Positions 44,275 to 54,125 of a DNA stretch of 64,000 bases are shown piece by piece. Both the position numbers and the translations under genes were made by a program. Under the pieces are notes generated by a model that had not been told where the DNA came from, did not search any database, and saw only the letters and a list, made by a program, of their open reading frames with translations. Numbering within the stretch: the stretch's first letter is position 1; every line of letters begins with the position of its first letter. The DNA comes from an uncultured Acidobacteriota bacterium (GTDB taxonomy: Bacteria; Acidobacteriota; Vicinamibacteria; Vicinamibacterales; UBA2999): assembly GCA_963742105.1 (NCBI GenBank), contig CAVUKN010000007.1, positions 514,476-578,475 on the forward strand. Reading direction: 5' to 3'.

Positions 44275-47200
44275 ATGGCTCACTCGTTTCGTCTCGTTCG
44301 ATCGGCATCGGCGGTGGTCCGCCTGGACGCCGCTGCCGCGTTCCTCGAACAGTTCCCCGCAACTCAACCTGTCACGATTGTTGCCGCCACACGTGGGGCG
44401 GCCGATGATTTCGCGCGCCGGTTCGCCATCGCCCGCCGCGCCACGCTCGGCCTGGCGCGATTCAGCCTGACGCAACTCGCGGCGCGGGTGGCCACCACCG
44501 CGCTGGCGGGCCGCGGCGTTGCGCCGGCATCGCTGCTCGGGGCTGAAGCCGTCGCCGCGCGGGCCGCCTTCGACGCCATCTCGGAACGGCGCCTCACGTA
44601 TTTTCGTGACGTCGCCGCGACGCCGGGGTTCCCGCGAGCGCTGGCGCGGACGGTGGCCGATCTCCGCGTCGCCAACGTGTCCGCGTCCGCGGTGGCCGGA
44701 GCCGCGCAGACGGGGCCAGACCTCTCGATTCTGCTGGAACGCGTCGAGCACGAACTCGACGCCTCGGGCGTGGCTGACCGCGCTCGTCTCTTCGCCGAAG
44801 CGGCGACCGCGGCCTCCGACGACAGCTCTCTCGCCGCTCCGCTCGTCCTGCTCGACGTCTCCGTCGATGCACCGGTCCAGGCAATGTTCGTCCGCGCCCT
44901 CATCCACGCGGCCCCGGCGGTACTGGCGACATGTCCGGCGCACGACGACGATACGTGCCGCGTGCTCGAGTCAGCCGGCGGCGTCGTGGAACAGATCGAC
45001 GAAAGCGGTTCCGGCGATCTTGTCAGCCTGCGGCGGCATCTGTTCGACGAATCAGCGCCGCCGCCGCGGGAGCTGGACGGATCGCTGCGGTTCTTTTCCG
45101 CACCCGGCGAAGGGCGCGAGGCGATCGAGATCGCCCGGCGGATCCTGCAGGAGGCCGCTGCGGGTGTGCCATTCGACGAGATGGCGATTCTCGTCCGGGC
45201 GCCGCAGCACTATCACGGGTTGATCGAGCATGCGTTGGCCCGCGCCGGTATCCCAGCCTGGTTCGATCGCGGCACGCGGCGTCCACACCCGGCCGGCCGC
45301 GCGTTCCTGGCCTTGATTGCGTGCGCCGCCGAAGGGTTGAGCGCCCGTCGCTTTGCTGAGTACCTGTCGCTCGGCCAGTTACCGGCACCGGGCGAATCTG
45401 ATAACCGCTGGGTCGCCGCAGCCGATGACGCGATGGCTCCGATGGCGGACGACGAGGACGCCGGTTCGGCGGCCGACACCGATGCCGCCGAGGACGAAGT
45501 CTGGGATGCCGATCCCGGTGACCAGGCTGACGATCGAATCGTCGGCACGTTGCGCGCTCCCCGTCGATGGGAACGGCTTCTGGTCGACGCCGCCGTGATC
45601 GGCGGAGATCCGCGACGATGGGCGCGTCGGCTCGACGGTCTCGCCAGCGAGTTCGCCGTCCGTCGGCAGGAGTGCGAGCGGCAGGATCCCGACTCGGGCC
45701 GCGTCGCTGCCATCGACCGCGATCTCCGGCACCTCGCGCACCTGCGCGCGTTCGCGCTGCCGCTCGTCGAGGAGCTGGCCGGCTGGACCGGCCCGGTGCT
45801 CTGGGGCGAGTGGCTGGCGCGTCTCCAGCGTCTTGCCCCCCGCGTGCTCCGAGTGCCCACGCACGTGCAGCGCATCCTCGGTGATCTCCGCCCGATGGCC
45901 ACCGTCGGACCGGTATCGCTCGAGGAAGTGCGCAGCGTGCTGACCGATCGGCTTCGACTTGTCGACGCCGAGCCGCCGCGACGCCGATACGGCCGGCTGT
46001 TTGTCGGCAGTCCCGGTCAGGTGCGCGGGCGCGCGTTCACCGTCGTGTTCGTCCCCGGGCTGGCAGAACGGATGTTCCCGCAGAAGAGCACGCAGGACCC
46101 GCTGCTGCTCGACTCCGCCCGCGCGCAACTCGACGGTGCGCTGTCGACACGCGGCCGGCGCGCGCAACGCGAGCGATTGCTGCTGCACCTGGCCGCTGGA
46201 GCGGCAACGCGACGGCTGTACGTATCGTATCCACGGCTCGAGGTTGCGGAAGGGCGCGCCCGCGTGCCGTCGTTTTATGCCCTCGACGTTGTGCGCGGTG
46301 CGACCGGTGAGATTCCGGATTACGAGTGGCTTGCCGCCAGGGCCGCCGAGGCGGGTGACTCGATGCTGGCGTGGCCGGCGCCGGCCGATCCCGCGCACGC
46401 GATCGACGACCAGGAGCACGACCTCTCGGTGCTGCGCCGACTGCTCGATGCGGACAGCACTGCCGATGTGCGAGGGCGGGCCCACTACCTGCTGCGACTG
46501 AACCCGGCGCTGCGTCGATCGTTGACGGAACGTTGGGCGCGCGCCGAGCGAAAGTGGTCGCAATTCGACGGACTGACGCGGGTCACTCCGACCATTGCTG
46601 CCGCGTTGACCTCGCAGCGCCTCGGCGAACGACAGTATTCGCTCTCCGCGCTCCAGCGGTACGCGACATGCCCGTACCAGTTCCTGCTGGGGGCGATCTA
46701 TCGACTCGAGCCGGCCGATGAACCGGCGCCGCTGCAACGTCTTGATCCCCTGACCCGCGGCAGCATCGTCCACGCGATGCAGGCGAGATTTTTCCGCGAG
46801 GCCAAGGCTCGCGGCATGTTGCCGATTACCGTGGCGAACCTGGCGGCCGCCCGGGTGCTGCTCGATGCGGTCGTCGAACGCGTCGCCGACAAGTACAGCG
46901 ACGACCTCGTTCCTGCCGTGCCGCGAGTGTGGCTGGAGGAGATGGCGGTCATCGCTCGTGATCTGCGCGGCTGGTTGTCGCGCGTCGCCGAGGATGGCGC
47001 CGAGTGGACGCCGCGCAATTTCGAGCTGGCGTTCGGCCTTCGCATCGACGATCAGCGTGATCCGGACAGCCACCCGCTCGCGGTGGTGGTGGACGGGCGG
47101 TTCCATCTGCGCGGTTCCGTGGATCTGGTGGAAGAACACCGCGCCACGCGCGTGCTCCGTGTCACCGACCACAAGACCGGCAAAGATCGCACCCGCGATG

Positions 47201-47550
47201 GCTTGATCATCGGCGGCGGCGAGACGCTGCAGCCGGTCCTGTACTCCATGGTCGTTGAGCAGATGACTGGCGCGCCGGTGCACGAGGCGCGTCTGTCCTA
47301 TTGCACGTCCGCCGGCGGGTACAAGGTGCGTGCAGTGCCCTTGCTCTCGCAGACCAGACGGGCGGGGATCGAAGCGTTGGAAGTCGTCGATCGCGCGATT
47401 GAGCTCGGATTCCTCGCCGCCGCACCCAAAGACGGGGCATGCGTCTGGTGTGACTTCCGTGCTGTCTGCGGTCCGTCCGAAGTGCAGCGGGTCAGTCGCA
47501 AGCCGCAGGATCGCCTGCGCGATCTTCACGAACTGCGGAGCCGACCGTGA
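44275..47550 (+). CDS. addB: AddB-type helicase-nuclease subunit (PD-(D/E)XK nuclease with Fe-S cysteines)
   Basis: 1091 aa. C-terminal nuclease motif GSVDLVEE...RVTDHKTG and cysteines CVWCDFRAVC. Overlaps the downstream UvrD-type subunit by 4 nt. Confidence 0.8.
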   Translation: MAHSFRLVRSASAVVRLDAAAAFLEQFPATQPVTIVAATRGAADDFARRFAIARRATLGLARFSLTQLAARVATTALAGRGVAPASLLGAEAVAARAAFDAISERRLTYFRDVAATPGFPRALARTVADLRVANVSASAVAGAAQTGPDLSILLERVEHELDASGVADRARLFAEAATAASDDSSLAAPLVLLDVSVDAPVQAMFVRALIHAAPAVLATCPAHDDDTCRVLESAGGVVEQIDESGSGDLVSLRRHLFDESAPPPRELDGSLRFFSAPGEGREAIEIARRILQEAAAGVPFDEMAILVRAPQHYHGLIEHALARAGIPAWFDRGTRRPHPAGRAFLALIACAAEGLSARRFAEYLSLGQLPAPGESDNRWVAAADDAMAPMADDEDAGSAADTDAAEDEVWDADPGDQADDRIVGTLRAPRRWERLLVDAAVIGGDPRRWARRLDGLASEFAVRRQECERQDPDSGRVAAIDRDLRHLAHLRAFALPLVEELAGWTGPVLWGEWLARLQRLAPRVLRVPTHVQRILGDLRPMATVGPVSLEEVRSVLTDRLRLVDAEPPRRRYGRLFVGSPGQVRGRAFTVVFVPGLAERMFPQKSTQDPLLLDSARAQLDGALSTRGRRAQRERLLLHLAAGAATRRLYVSYPRLEVAEGRARVPSFYALDVVRGATGEIPDYEWLAARAAEAGDSMLAWPAPADPAHAIDDQEHDLSVLRRLLDADSTADVRGRAHYLLRLNPALRRSLTERWARAERKWSQFDGLTRVTPTIAAALTSQRLGERQYSLSALQRYATCPYQFLLGAIYRLEPADEPAPLQRLDPLTRGSIVHAMQARFFREAKARGMLPITVANLAAARVLLDAVVERVADKYSDDLVPAVPRVWLEEMAVIARDLRGWLSRVAEDGAEWTPRNFELAFGLRIDDQRDPDSHPLAVVVDGRFHLRGSVDLVEEHRATRVLRVTDHKTGKDRTRDGLIIGGGETLQPVLYSMVVEQMTGAPVHEARLSYCTSAGGYKVRAVPLLSQTRRAGIEALEVVDRAIELGFLAAAPKDGACVWCDFRAVCGPSEVQRVSRKPQDRLRDLHELRSRP

Positions 47551-50500
47551 GCGCGGCCATCTTTCTGTCGGATGCGAGCGCGCGTCACCACATCGAACAC
47601 ACGCTCGACCAGACGGTCGTGGTCGAAGCCGCAGCCGGAACAGGGAAGACGACCGAGCTGGTCAAACGGATGCTCCGGGTTCTGGCGACGGGCAGGACGA
47701 CGATCGACCGCATGGTTGCCGTGACGTTCACGGAAAAGGCCGCGGGTGAACTGAAGCTCCGGCTCCGCCGGGAACTGGAAGCGGCGCACCAGCAGGCCGG
47801 AGGTAATGAAGAAGCCGGCCGTTTCGAACTGGCACTGAAGAACCTGGAAGATGCCCACATCGGCACGATCCACGGGTTTTGTGCGGACCTGCTGCGCGAG
47901 CGCCCGGTCGAAGCGCGCATCGATCCATTGTTCACGGTCCTGACGGAGGCGCAGGCACATCGGCTCTACGACGAGGCGTTCGCCCGATGGTTCCAGGGAG
48001 CGCTGGCTGAAATGCCCGAAGGCGTGCGGCGGTCGCTGCGCCGCTCGAGCCGTCCCATGGCTGGCTCCGACAGCGGAGACGCCGGCCCGGTCGAGCGCTT
48101 GCGGCGTGCCGGCTGGGACCTGGTCGAGTGGCGTGACTTCGATGCCTCGTGGAAGCGGCCGGTATTCGATCGCAACTCGGCGATCGGCTCGCTGGTGGGT
48201 GCTGTCGAAACATTTGCCGCGACAACTGCCCGGCCCTCGAGTAACCGCGACCCGCTGTATCTCGATACGGCGGCGGCGCGGCGCGCCACCGACGAGTTGC
48301 AGCTCGTCATGGCGGCTGGCGATCTGGATGCCGCCGAAGGCGTCCTGGTCGACCTTGGTCGCGATCGTGATTTCCGTCGCGCCCGTAAGGGAAGCGGGGT
48401 GTCGTTCGCGAAGGGGCTGGCGCGAGCCGACGTGCAGGGGGCGCACCAGGCGCTCATTCAGCACCTCGACGCCTTCAGGCTGGATGCCGACGCCGACCTC
48501 GCCGCATTGCTCCGCGACGAATTACGCGGCAGCATCGAGGAGTACGAGCGGCTCAAGGCGAGGCATGGCGCGCTCGACTTCCTCGACCTGTTGCTACGCG
48601 CGCGTGATCTGGTGCGCGGCCGCGACGAAGTGCGGCGGGCGTTTCAGGATCGGTTCCGTTGTCTGTTCGTTGACGAGTTCCAGGACACCGATCCGCTGCA
48701 GGCCGAGATCCTGCTCCTCCTCGCGTCGGCCGATGCGGACGAGCGGGACTGGACGAAGGTCCGTCCCGTACCAGGCAAGCTCTTCGTCGTTGGCGATCCG
48801 AAGCAGTCGATTTACCGCTTCAGGCGCGCGGACGTCAGCGTGTATCGGCAGGTATGCGACCAGCTCGAGACTGGCGGGGCGCTTTGCCTGAAGCTGACCA
48901 CCAGCTTCCGGAGCGTGCCCGGTATTCAGCGCGTCGTGAATGCCGGGTTCGCGCCGCGGATGACCGGCGATCGGGACACGATGCAGGCCAGCTACGTACC
49001 GTTGTCGCCGTCACGCGTCGCGATCGACGGCCAGCCCTCGGTCATCGCGCTGCCGGTTCCCGAGCCGTACGGCAAGAAACACATTTCCGGCGCGGCAATC
49101 GACCAGTCGCTCCCGGATGCGGTCGGTGCGCTCGTCGAATGGCTGATCAAGGAGAGCGGCTGGAAGGTCAGCGACCGACGGGGACAACGGACGCCGATCG
49201 CGGCGCATCATGTGTGCCTCTTGTTCCGCCGCTTCGTGAGCTGGGGCACCGATATCACGCGCGGTTATGTCGATTCGCTCGAGGCGCGCGGCATCAAACA
49301 CCTGCTCGTGGGTGGACGTGCCTTTCACGGGCGCGAGGAGATCGAGACCATCCGCGCCGCTCTAGCCGCGATCGAGTGGCCCGACGATCAGCTCTCAGTG
49401 TTCGCCACGCTGCGCGGGTCGCTGTTCGCGATTGGTGACGAGGAACTGCTCGAATATCACTACGCGTTCGGACGACGGTTCCACCCGTTTCATGTTCCCG
49501 ACGAGCTGCCCGTCCATCTTGCCCCAATCGGCGACGCGCTGCGGCTGCTGGGTCTGCTTCATCGTCGGCGCAATCGTCGTCCCGTCGCCGACACCATCGG
49601 CGTGCTGTTCGAGGAAACGCGGGCACACGTTGGCTTTGCGCTGCGACGGGCCGGCGAGCAGGTGCTGGCGAATGCGCTGCACGTGGCGGAGCTGGCCCGG
49701 CAGTACGAAGTGTCCGGCGGCATCTCCTTCCGCGGGTTCGTCGAGGAGCTGCGTGGCGCTGCCGACGAGGGACAGGGGGCAGAGGCGCCGATTGTCGAAG
49801 ACGGCAGCGACGGCGTGCGACTGATGACCGTGCACAAGGCGAAGGGGCTCGAGTTTCCGGTCGTGATTCTCGCTGACATGACCGCCAAGCTCTCGCCACT
49901 CGAGGCGTCGCGGTACCTGGATGGCACGCGCGGTCTGTGCGCGCTGCGGATAGGTGGCTGGTCACCATCCGAACTGCTGCACCAGCAGGCGATGGAGCAG
50001 GCCCGTGAACGTGAAGAAGGCGTTCGCGTTGCGTACGTGGCGGCAACGCGCGCGCGCGACCTGCTGGTGGTGCCGGCGGTTGGCGACGGACCATTCGATG
50101 ACGGCTGGGTCTCGCCGCTTGACGCCGCGATCTACCCGGCGATGGACAAGCGGCGGCAGGCCGCCGCGGCACCCGCGTGTCCTGCGTTCAAACGTGACTC
50201 GGTTCTGACCCGGCCTGACGCCGGAATCGCATCGCCTCAGACGGTGAGCCCGGGTCTCCACGACTTCGAGATGCGGTCCGGCGAGCCCTACGAAGTGGTC
50301 TGGTGGGATCCACATGCGCTGAACCTTGGCGTCGAGCCGCCGTTCGGCCTCCGTCGTCAGGAACTGATCGCTCGCGACGTTGCGCCGGAGGTGATCGCAA
50401 GCGGACAGCAGGAGTACATGGCGTGGCGTCGTGCACGCGAGGCGGCCATCGAAGCTGGCGTGGTGCCGTCGCTGCGCGTCCGGACGACGACCGAGTGGGC

Positions 50501-51053
50501 AGCTCCGCCTGTAGGGCAGGGTTTCCGGCCCGCCGAGGACGCGAACGTAGGGCGGCCCTTCAAGGCCGCCGTGTCGGTCGTGCAGGTTCTCACGCTGGAC
50601 GCGGACGACCTCAGGCCATCCGGTCCGCGCTACGGCAGCCTGGTGCACAGCGTGCTCGCGAGCGTGCCCCTCGATGCCGGCATTGATGTGATCGAGGCCG
50701 TGGTGCAGACACAGGCGCGCGTACTCGGCGCGACAGCCGAAGAGTCGCTTTCAGCACGGGACACCGTCGCTGCTGTCCTGCGTCACCCGCTGTTCGACGA
50801 CGCCCGGGCGGCGGCACGATTCGGCCGGTGCCTGCGCGAAACGCCCGTCACGATCACATGTGAAGGGGAGTTGATCGAGGGCACCGTCGATCTCGCGTTC
50901 GAAGCAGGCGACGGCACCACGGTGATCGATTTCAAAACGGATCGTGTGGAGGGTGATCACCTCGCGCGCTACGAGCGGCAGGTTGGTCTGTATGCTGATG
51001 CGATTGGCCAGGTGACGAATGGGCCGGTGCGAGCGATATTGATGATGGTCTGA
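47547..51053 (+). CDS. addA: AddA-type UvrD/Rep helicase with C-terminal PD-(D/E)XK nuclease
   Basis: Walker A AAAGTGKT, DEFQDT motif II, TVHKAKGLEF motif V, and a C-terminal GTVDLAFE...VIDFKTD nuclease motif. Confidence 0.85.
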   Translation: MSAAIFLSDASARHHIEHTLDQTVVVEAAAGTGKTTELVKRMLRVLATGRTTIDRMVAVTFTEKAAGELKLRLRRELEAAHQQAGGNEEAGRFELALKNLEDAHIGTIHGFCADLLRERPVEARIDPLFTVLTEAQAHRLYDEAFARWFQGALAEMPEGVRRSLRRSSRPMAGSDSGDAGPVERLRRAGWDLVEWRDFDASWKRPVFDRNSAIGSLVGAVETFAATTARPSSNRDPLYLDTAAARRATDELQLVMAAGDLDAAEGVLVDLGRDRDFRRARKGSGVSFAKGLARADVQGAHQALIQHLDAFRLDADADLAALLRDELRGSIEEYERLKARHGALDFLDLLLRARDLVRGRDEVRRAFQDRFRCLFVDEFQDTDPLQAEILLLLASADADERDWTKVRPVPGKLFVVGDPKQSIYRFRRADVSVYRQVCDQLETGGALCLKLTTSFRSVPGIQRVVNAGFAPRMTGDRDTMQASYVPLSPSRVAIDGQPSVIALPVPEPYGKKHISGAAIDQSLPDAVGALVEWLIKESGWKVSDRRGQRTPIAAHHVCLLFRRFVSWGTDITRGYVDSLEARGIKHLLVGGRAFHGREEIETIRAALAAIEWPDDQLSVFATLRGSLFAIGDEELLEYHYAFGRRFHPFHVPDELPVHLAPIGDALRLLGLLHRRRNRRPVADTIGVLFEETRAHVGFALRRAGEQVLANALHVAELARQYEVSGGISFRGFVEELRGAADEGQGAEAPIVEDGSDGVRLMTVHKAKGLEFPVVILADMTAKLSPLEASRYLDGTRGLCALRIGGWSPSELLHQQAMEQAREREEGVRVAYVAATRARDLLVVPAVGDGPFDDGWVSPLDAAIYPAMDKRRQAAAAPACPAFKRDSVLTRPDAGIASPQTVSPGLHDFEMRSGEPYEVVWWDPHALNLGVEPPFGLRRQELIARDVAPEVIASGQQEYMAWRRAREAAIEAGVVPSLRVRTTTEWAAPPVGQGFRPAEDANVGRPFKAAVSVVQVLTLDADDLRPSGPRYGSLVHSVLASVPLDAGIDVIEAVVQTQARVLGATAEESLSARDTVAAVLRHPLFDDARAAARFGRCLRETPVTITCEGELIEGTVDLAFEAGDGTTVIDFKTDRVEGDHLARYERQVGLYADAIGQVTNGPVRAILMMV

Positions 51054-51154
51054 ATTGACGCAATGACGAATTGACGAATTGACGAAGTGATTGGAGATTG
51101 CGCGCGCCTCCGTTGGGCAGATTCGTCAATTCGTCAATCCGTCATTTCGTCAAT
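51054..51154. repeat. word hairpin (AATTGACG octamers)
   Basis: Left arm attgacgcaatgacgaattgacgaattgacgaag (51054-51087). Right arm attcgtcaattcgtcaatccgtcatttcgtcaat (51121-51154). About 30 of 33 positions are complementary. It starts 1 nt after the addA stop, and the right arm encodes the C-terminus EIDEMTD* of the convergent small gene. Confidence 0.85.
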
Positions 51155-51385
51155 CTCTTTGATTCGCCCGTCCAGATCGGCGATCGCCTGTTCGAGCATG
51201 GCGCGGTGCGCAGCGGCGCAGGCCTGCTGGAGATCGGCGGCAGCGCGCGTTCGGGCCAGCATCAGGGTGGCCCGTTGCGCCCGCCGCGCGGATTCCGCGG
51301 CACTGATCGGCGGTCCGCTCTGGCGTTCCTGCGCCGCTGCGTCCTGCTGCGCTTCGATCGATTTGCTTTCCCAACCTCGGGCCAT
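51134..51385 (-). CDS. hypothetical coiled-coil small protein (MARGWESKSIEAQQ...)
   Basis: 83 aa from ATG 51385 (alternative GTG 51427). Helical, Ala/Gln/Arg-rich. No family recognised. Confidence 0.45.
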   Translation of the reverse strand: MARGWESKSIEAQQDAAAQERQSGPPISAAESARRAQRATLMLARTRAAADLQQACAAAHRAMLEQAIADLDGRIKEIDEMTD

Positions 51386-51613
51386 CAGACGGCGCGATGC
51401 TCCCCATTCATGCTGCGAGCTGAACACCCGCCGTTCACGAGTGCAGGCCGCGCTCCACTTGAGTCACTGTCTGCAGCGGGCATAGTGGCCACTCGACACG
51501 TGTGAGACCCGTGCAGTTGGATGGAAATTGAGGACAGCCGCTGCGCGGTGGCTATTAACAAGACGATCCTGGGTCGCCAACTTCCAATGTGAGATGTCGG
51601 TAACCCTTGCGGG

Positions 51614-51865
51614 CTATCGGGTGGCGACTCGTTTGTCGCGCAGGAAATCGCGGCCACGCACAATTTCGGCGAGACCCTTCAACGTTCCGACCACCGGCAT
51701 GGCGTTGAGCGCGGTGTCGGCCGTGCCCCGCGCGAACCCCTTGCGCCGGATCCGCGAACCGAGCGTGATGAGTGCGAGGGCGGTCCCGATCCACGGAAGT
51801 GTCCGGCTCAGCCGGCGTGTGACGCGTCGTTCGCCGTAGCGGAGAGCTTGCTTCTGAATGCTCAT
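51614..51865 (-). CDS. hypothetical small membrane protein
   Basis: 83 aa with one hydrophobic segment (LPWIGTALALITLG) and basic flanks. No obvious SD. Confidence 0.4.
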   Translation of the reverse strand: MSIQKQALRYGERRVTRRLSRTLPWIGTALALITLGSRIRRKGFARGTADTALNAMPVVGTLKGLAEIVRGRDFLRDKRVATR

Positions 51866-51958
51866 ACGTTATGAGTAGAGCAAAGCGCGAACCATGATGC
51901 GGTGGCGCGCACCATTGGAGGCGATAGAACCGGGCGCCAACGGCCGACCTGGTCGGTT

Positions 51959-51978
51959 TGGCGGACCTGAAGGTCCGC
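51959..51978 (-). terminator. stem-loop ggcggacc-tgaa-ggtccgcc downstream of the ferredoxin gene
   Basis: 8-bp perfect GC-rich stem about 74 nt after the ferredoxin (fdxA) stop on the minus strand. No U-tract. Confidence 0.35.
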
Positions 51979-52051
51979 CTCAGAGTCGGCCGCCACCGGC
52001 GGACGTGATGGTTCGCCCTACACGTCGCCCTTCGGTTCGGGCGCAGGCACT

Positions 52052-52423
52052 CTATTTACTGTGCGCGGCGGCTCGATCCGGTGCGGGTATTGCCATCAGT
52101 TCCGGGTGAGCGGCGACGTGAGCACTGACCAGGGCCTCAGCCTTCGCAAGCGTGGCCGGATCGCCGCTCCGGAAGATCGCGTTCGCCTCGATGAGGCTGG
52201 TCTGCGACTTCGGGGTCGATTCGGGACTGTCGTAGATGGCGGCGACGGGGCAGGCCGGCACGCAGGCGCCGCAGTCGATGCACTCCTCTGGATGGATGTA
52301 GAGGATCGTCGCCTGGTCGAACTCGGGTTCGTCCTTGCGGGGGTGAATGCAATCGACGGGGCAGACGTCGACGCACGCAGTGTCTTTCGTGTTGATGCAC
52401 GGATCAGTAATGACGAAGGCCAT
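52052..52423 (-). CDS. fdxA: 7Fe-type ferredoxin (FdxA-like)
   Basis: MAFVITDPCINTKDTACVDVCPVDCIHP...CIDCGACVPACPVAAI is the classic 3Fe-4S plus 4Fe-4S ferredoxin cysteine pattern. 123 aa. Confidence 0.88.
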   Translation of the reverse strand: MAFVITDPCINTKDTACVDVCPVDCIHPRKDEPEFDQATILYIHPEECIDCGACVPACPVAAIYDSPESTPKSQTSLIEANAIFRSGDPATLAKAEALVSAHVAAHPELMAIPAPDRAAAHSK

Positions 52424-52468
52424 TTCGTTGAGCTTACACAAAAACGGCAGGAGCGGAAAGCACAGGAG

Positions 52469-52957
52469 ATGAGCGAGCGCAAAGTCGAGGAGTTGAGCGA
52501 GGAAGAAAAGCGGGCCAACGTCGTCAGGCTCGCGTTCGGTGGCAGTGAAGAACGCTTCGCCGAGTTCATCCGCGTCATCCGCGAGGAGATTCCGCAGCAC
52601 ACTCGTGTGGTTCTGCGGGGAAGTGCGGTGACCGGCTATCGCTGGAAGGACGGCGCGCCCTTCGACGCGGATGGACCGGGCACCAGCGATCTCGATCTCA
52701 CCCTGGTAGGGGACGCCGTCATCGGGTTGTTCACGGTGACCGGCTTCTTCGTGCCTGGTGTGCACTCGCGTCCGTTGTCTGAGGAGGATCCGAACATCGC
52801 ACCGGATCTCATCCCCCTGCGTGAGACGTTGATGACGATGACCGGCCGGCCGGTGAATATCCAGGCATCGCGGGAGCTCGTCATCCAGTTCCGGGGTGAC
52901 CTGCTGGGCCAGCCGTACCTCGTGCTGATCGACGACGCGAACCCATCCGGCGGTTGA
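52469..52957 (+). CDS. minimal nucleotidyltransferase-fold protein (Pol-beta superfamily-like)
   Basis: 162 aa. RGSAVTG...TSDLDLTLVG resembles the hG[GS]-x(n)-DxD NTase signature. The assignment rests on this motif only. Confidence 0.5.
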   Translation: MSERKVEELSEEEKRANVVRLAFGGSEERFAEFIRVIREEIPQHTRVVLRGSAVTGYRWKDGAPFDADGPGTSDLDLTLVGDAVIGLFTVTGFFVPGVHSRPLSEEDPNIAPDLIPLRETLMTMTGRPVNIQASRELVIQFRGDLLGQPYLVLIDDANPSGG

Positions 52958-53697
52958 TCGTGCGGCTGCTCACGTACAACATCCAGCATGGAGGGCGCGG
53001 ACGCGAACACGCAATCGCCGCAATGATCCGCGCTGCGGAGCCCGACCTCGTGCTCTTGCAGGAAGCGCGCTTTCCCGACCAGGTGAACCGGATCGCCGAC
53101 CTCGCTGGCCTCACCCAGTTCGGTGCGCGTCGCGGCGAGTCACTGGCCTTCATCAGCCGCACGCCGGTGACTTCGGCGCGATGGCACAAACCGCGGGTGT
53201 CGAGACATGCGTTTCTGGAGGTGGTCCCGGCAGGCACGTCGTGGCGGGTCTTCGGAGTGCACTTAAGCGCGGTGCATGCGGCCTGGACGGAGCAGCGTCG
53301 GCTCTTTGAACTGCGGGCGCTGCTGAGGACGATTGCGGCGCATCAGCACGGGCCGCACGTGCTGGCCGGCGACTTCAACACGCTCGCACCGGGCGAACTT
53401 CTCGATCCACGAAAGCTGCCGGCGCGGTTGCGGGCGCTGGTATGGCTCAGCGGCGGACGCGTCCGGTGGAAGACGATCCAGGCGGTTCTCGACGCGGGCT
53501 ATCGCGATGGATTCCGCCAGGTCCATCCCGACGCTGTCGGCAGCACATTCCCCACGTGGGATCCGCACATCCGTCTCGATTACCTGTTCGTGCCGGCTGC
53601 GTATGTTGATCGCGTGGGGGAGTGCAGGGTAGTCGAAGGGCCCCAGGCGCGGGAAGCGTCCGACCACTTCCCGCTGATGGGTGACTTGCGTAACTGA
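52954..53697 (+). CDS. endonuclease/exonuclease/phosphatase (EEP) family protein
   Basis: LLTYNIQHGG, DLVLLQEA, GDFN and SDHFPL motifs. The start (TTG 52954 or GTG 52960) overlaps or abuts the upstream stop. Confidence 0.85.
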   Translation: MIVRLLTYNIQHGGRGREHAIAAMIRAAEPDLVLLQEARFPDQVNRIADLAGLTQFGARRGESLAFISRTPVTSARWHKPRVSRHAFLEVVPAGTSWRVFGVHLSAVHAAWTEQRRLFELRALLRTIAAHQHGPHVLAGDFNTLAPGELLDPRKLPARLRALVWLSGGRVRWKTIQAVLDAGYRDGFRQVHPDAVGSTFPTWDPHIRLDYLFVPAAYVDRVGECRVVEGPQAREASDHFPLMGDLRN

Positions 53698-53713
53698 ACC
53701 GAAGAAGACCGGG

Positions 53714-53790
53714 ATTGCCGATTGACCAATTTGAACATTGAAAGATTGACAGCCAATTTTTCAATGTTCAGATTGGTCAATCTTCAATTC
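53714..53790. repeat. word hairpin, family C (second copy)
   Basis: attgccgattgaccaatttgaacattgaaagattgac pairs with caatttttcaatgttcagattggtcaatcttcaattc. The first 28 nt match 42994-43021 with a single C/T difference. Confidence 0.85.
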
Positions 53791-53794
53791 GACC

Positions 53795-54037
53795 TCAATA
53801 CCACTCGCGCTGCGCACCGGGCCAGGTGCCGCGGGCCCAGACGCCTCGCTGCACTTCCTGCACGAGCCCGGATGAGGTGAGTTTCTGGAGAATGCGCTGG
53901 GCTGCGTCGAGCGGCACGTCGAGCCACTGCTGCAGGGTGCTGACCGAGAGCGTGACGCTCGGATTCTGCACCACGCTGTTGATCACCTGCTGCACCAGTG
54001 CGGATCGCGTTCTGATGTTCCGTCGTTCTTCCCGCAT
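53795..54037 (-). CDS. small winged-helix-like protein
   Basis: 80 aa from ATG 54037, with GGAGG/AAGGAG upstream. LSVSTLQQWLDVPLDAAQRILQKLTSSGLVQEV looks like a wHTH. Confidence 0.5.
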   Translation of the reverse strand: MREERRNIRTRSALVQQVINSVVQNPSVTLSVSTLQQWLDVPLDAAQRILQKLTSSGLVQEVQRGVWARGTWPGAQREWY

Positions 54038-54125
54038 GGTCTCCTTGCCTCCGGCCAAGGTGAAGGCAAGGAAGATGCCGGCAAAAATTCCGCTGGGATG
54101 CTCAGGTGACGAACCGGGCCCGCGA

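Noticed and set aside
44275-51053. The PD-(D/E)XK nuclease plus UvrD helicase pair as a phage-defence module (Gabija-like or similar)
   Set aside because: The sizes (1091 and 1168 aa), the Fe-S cysteine cluster in the first subunit, the C-terminal nuclease in the helicase subunit and the 4-nt overlap all match the housekeeping AddAB recombination complex. No additional defence-type genes flank it.
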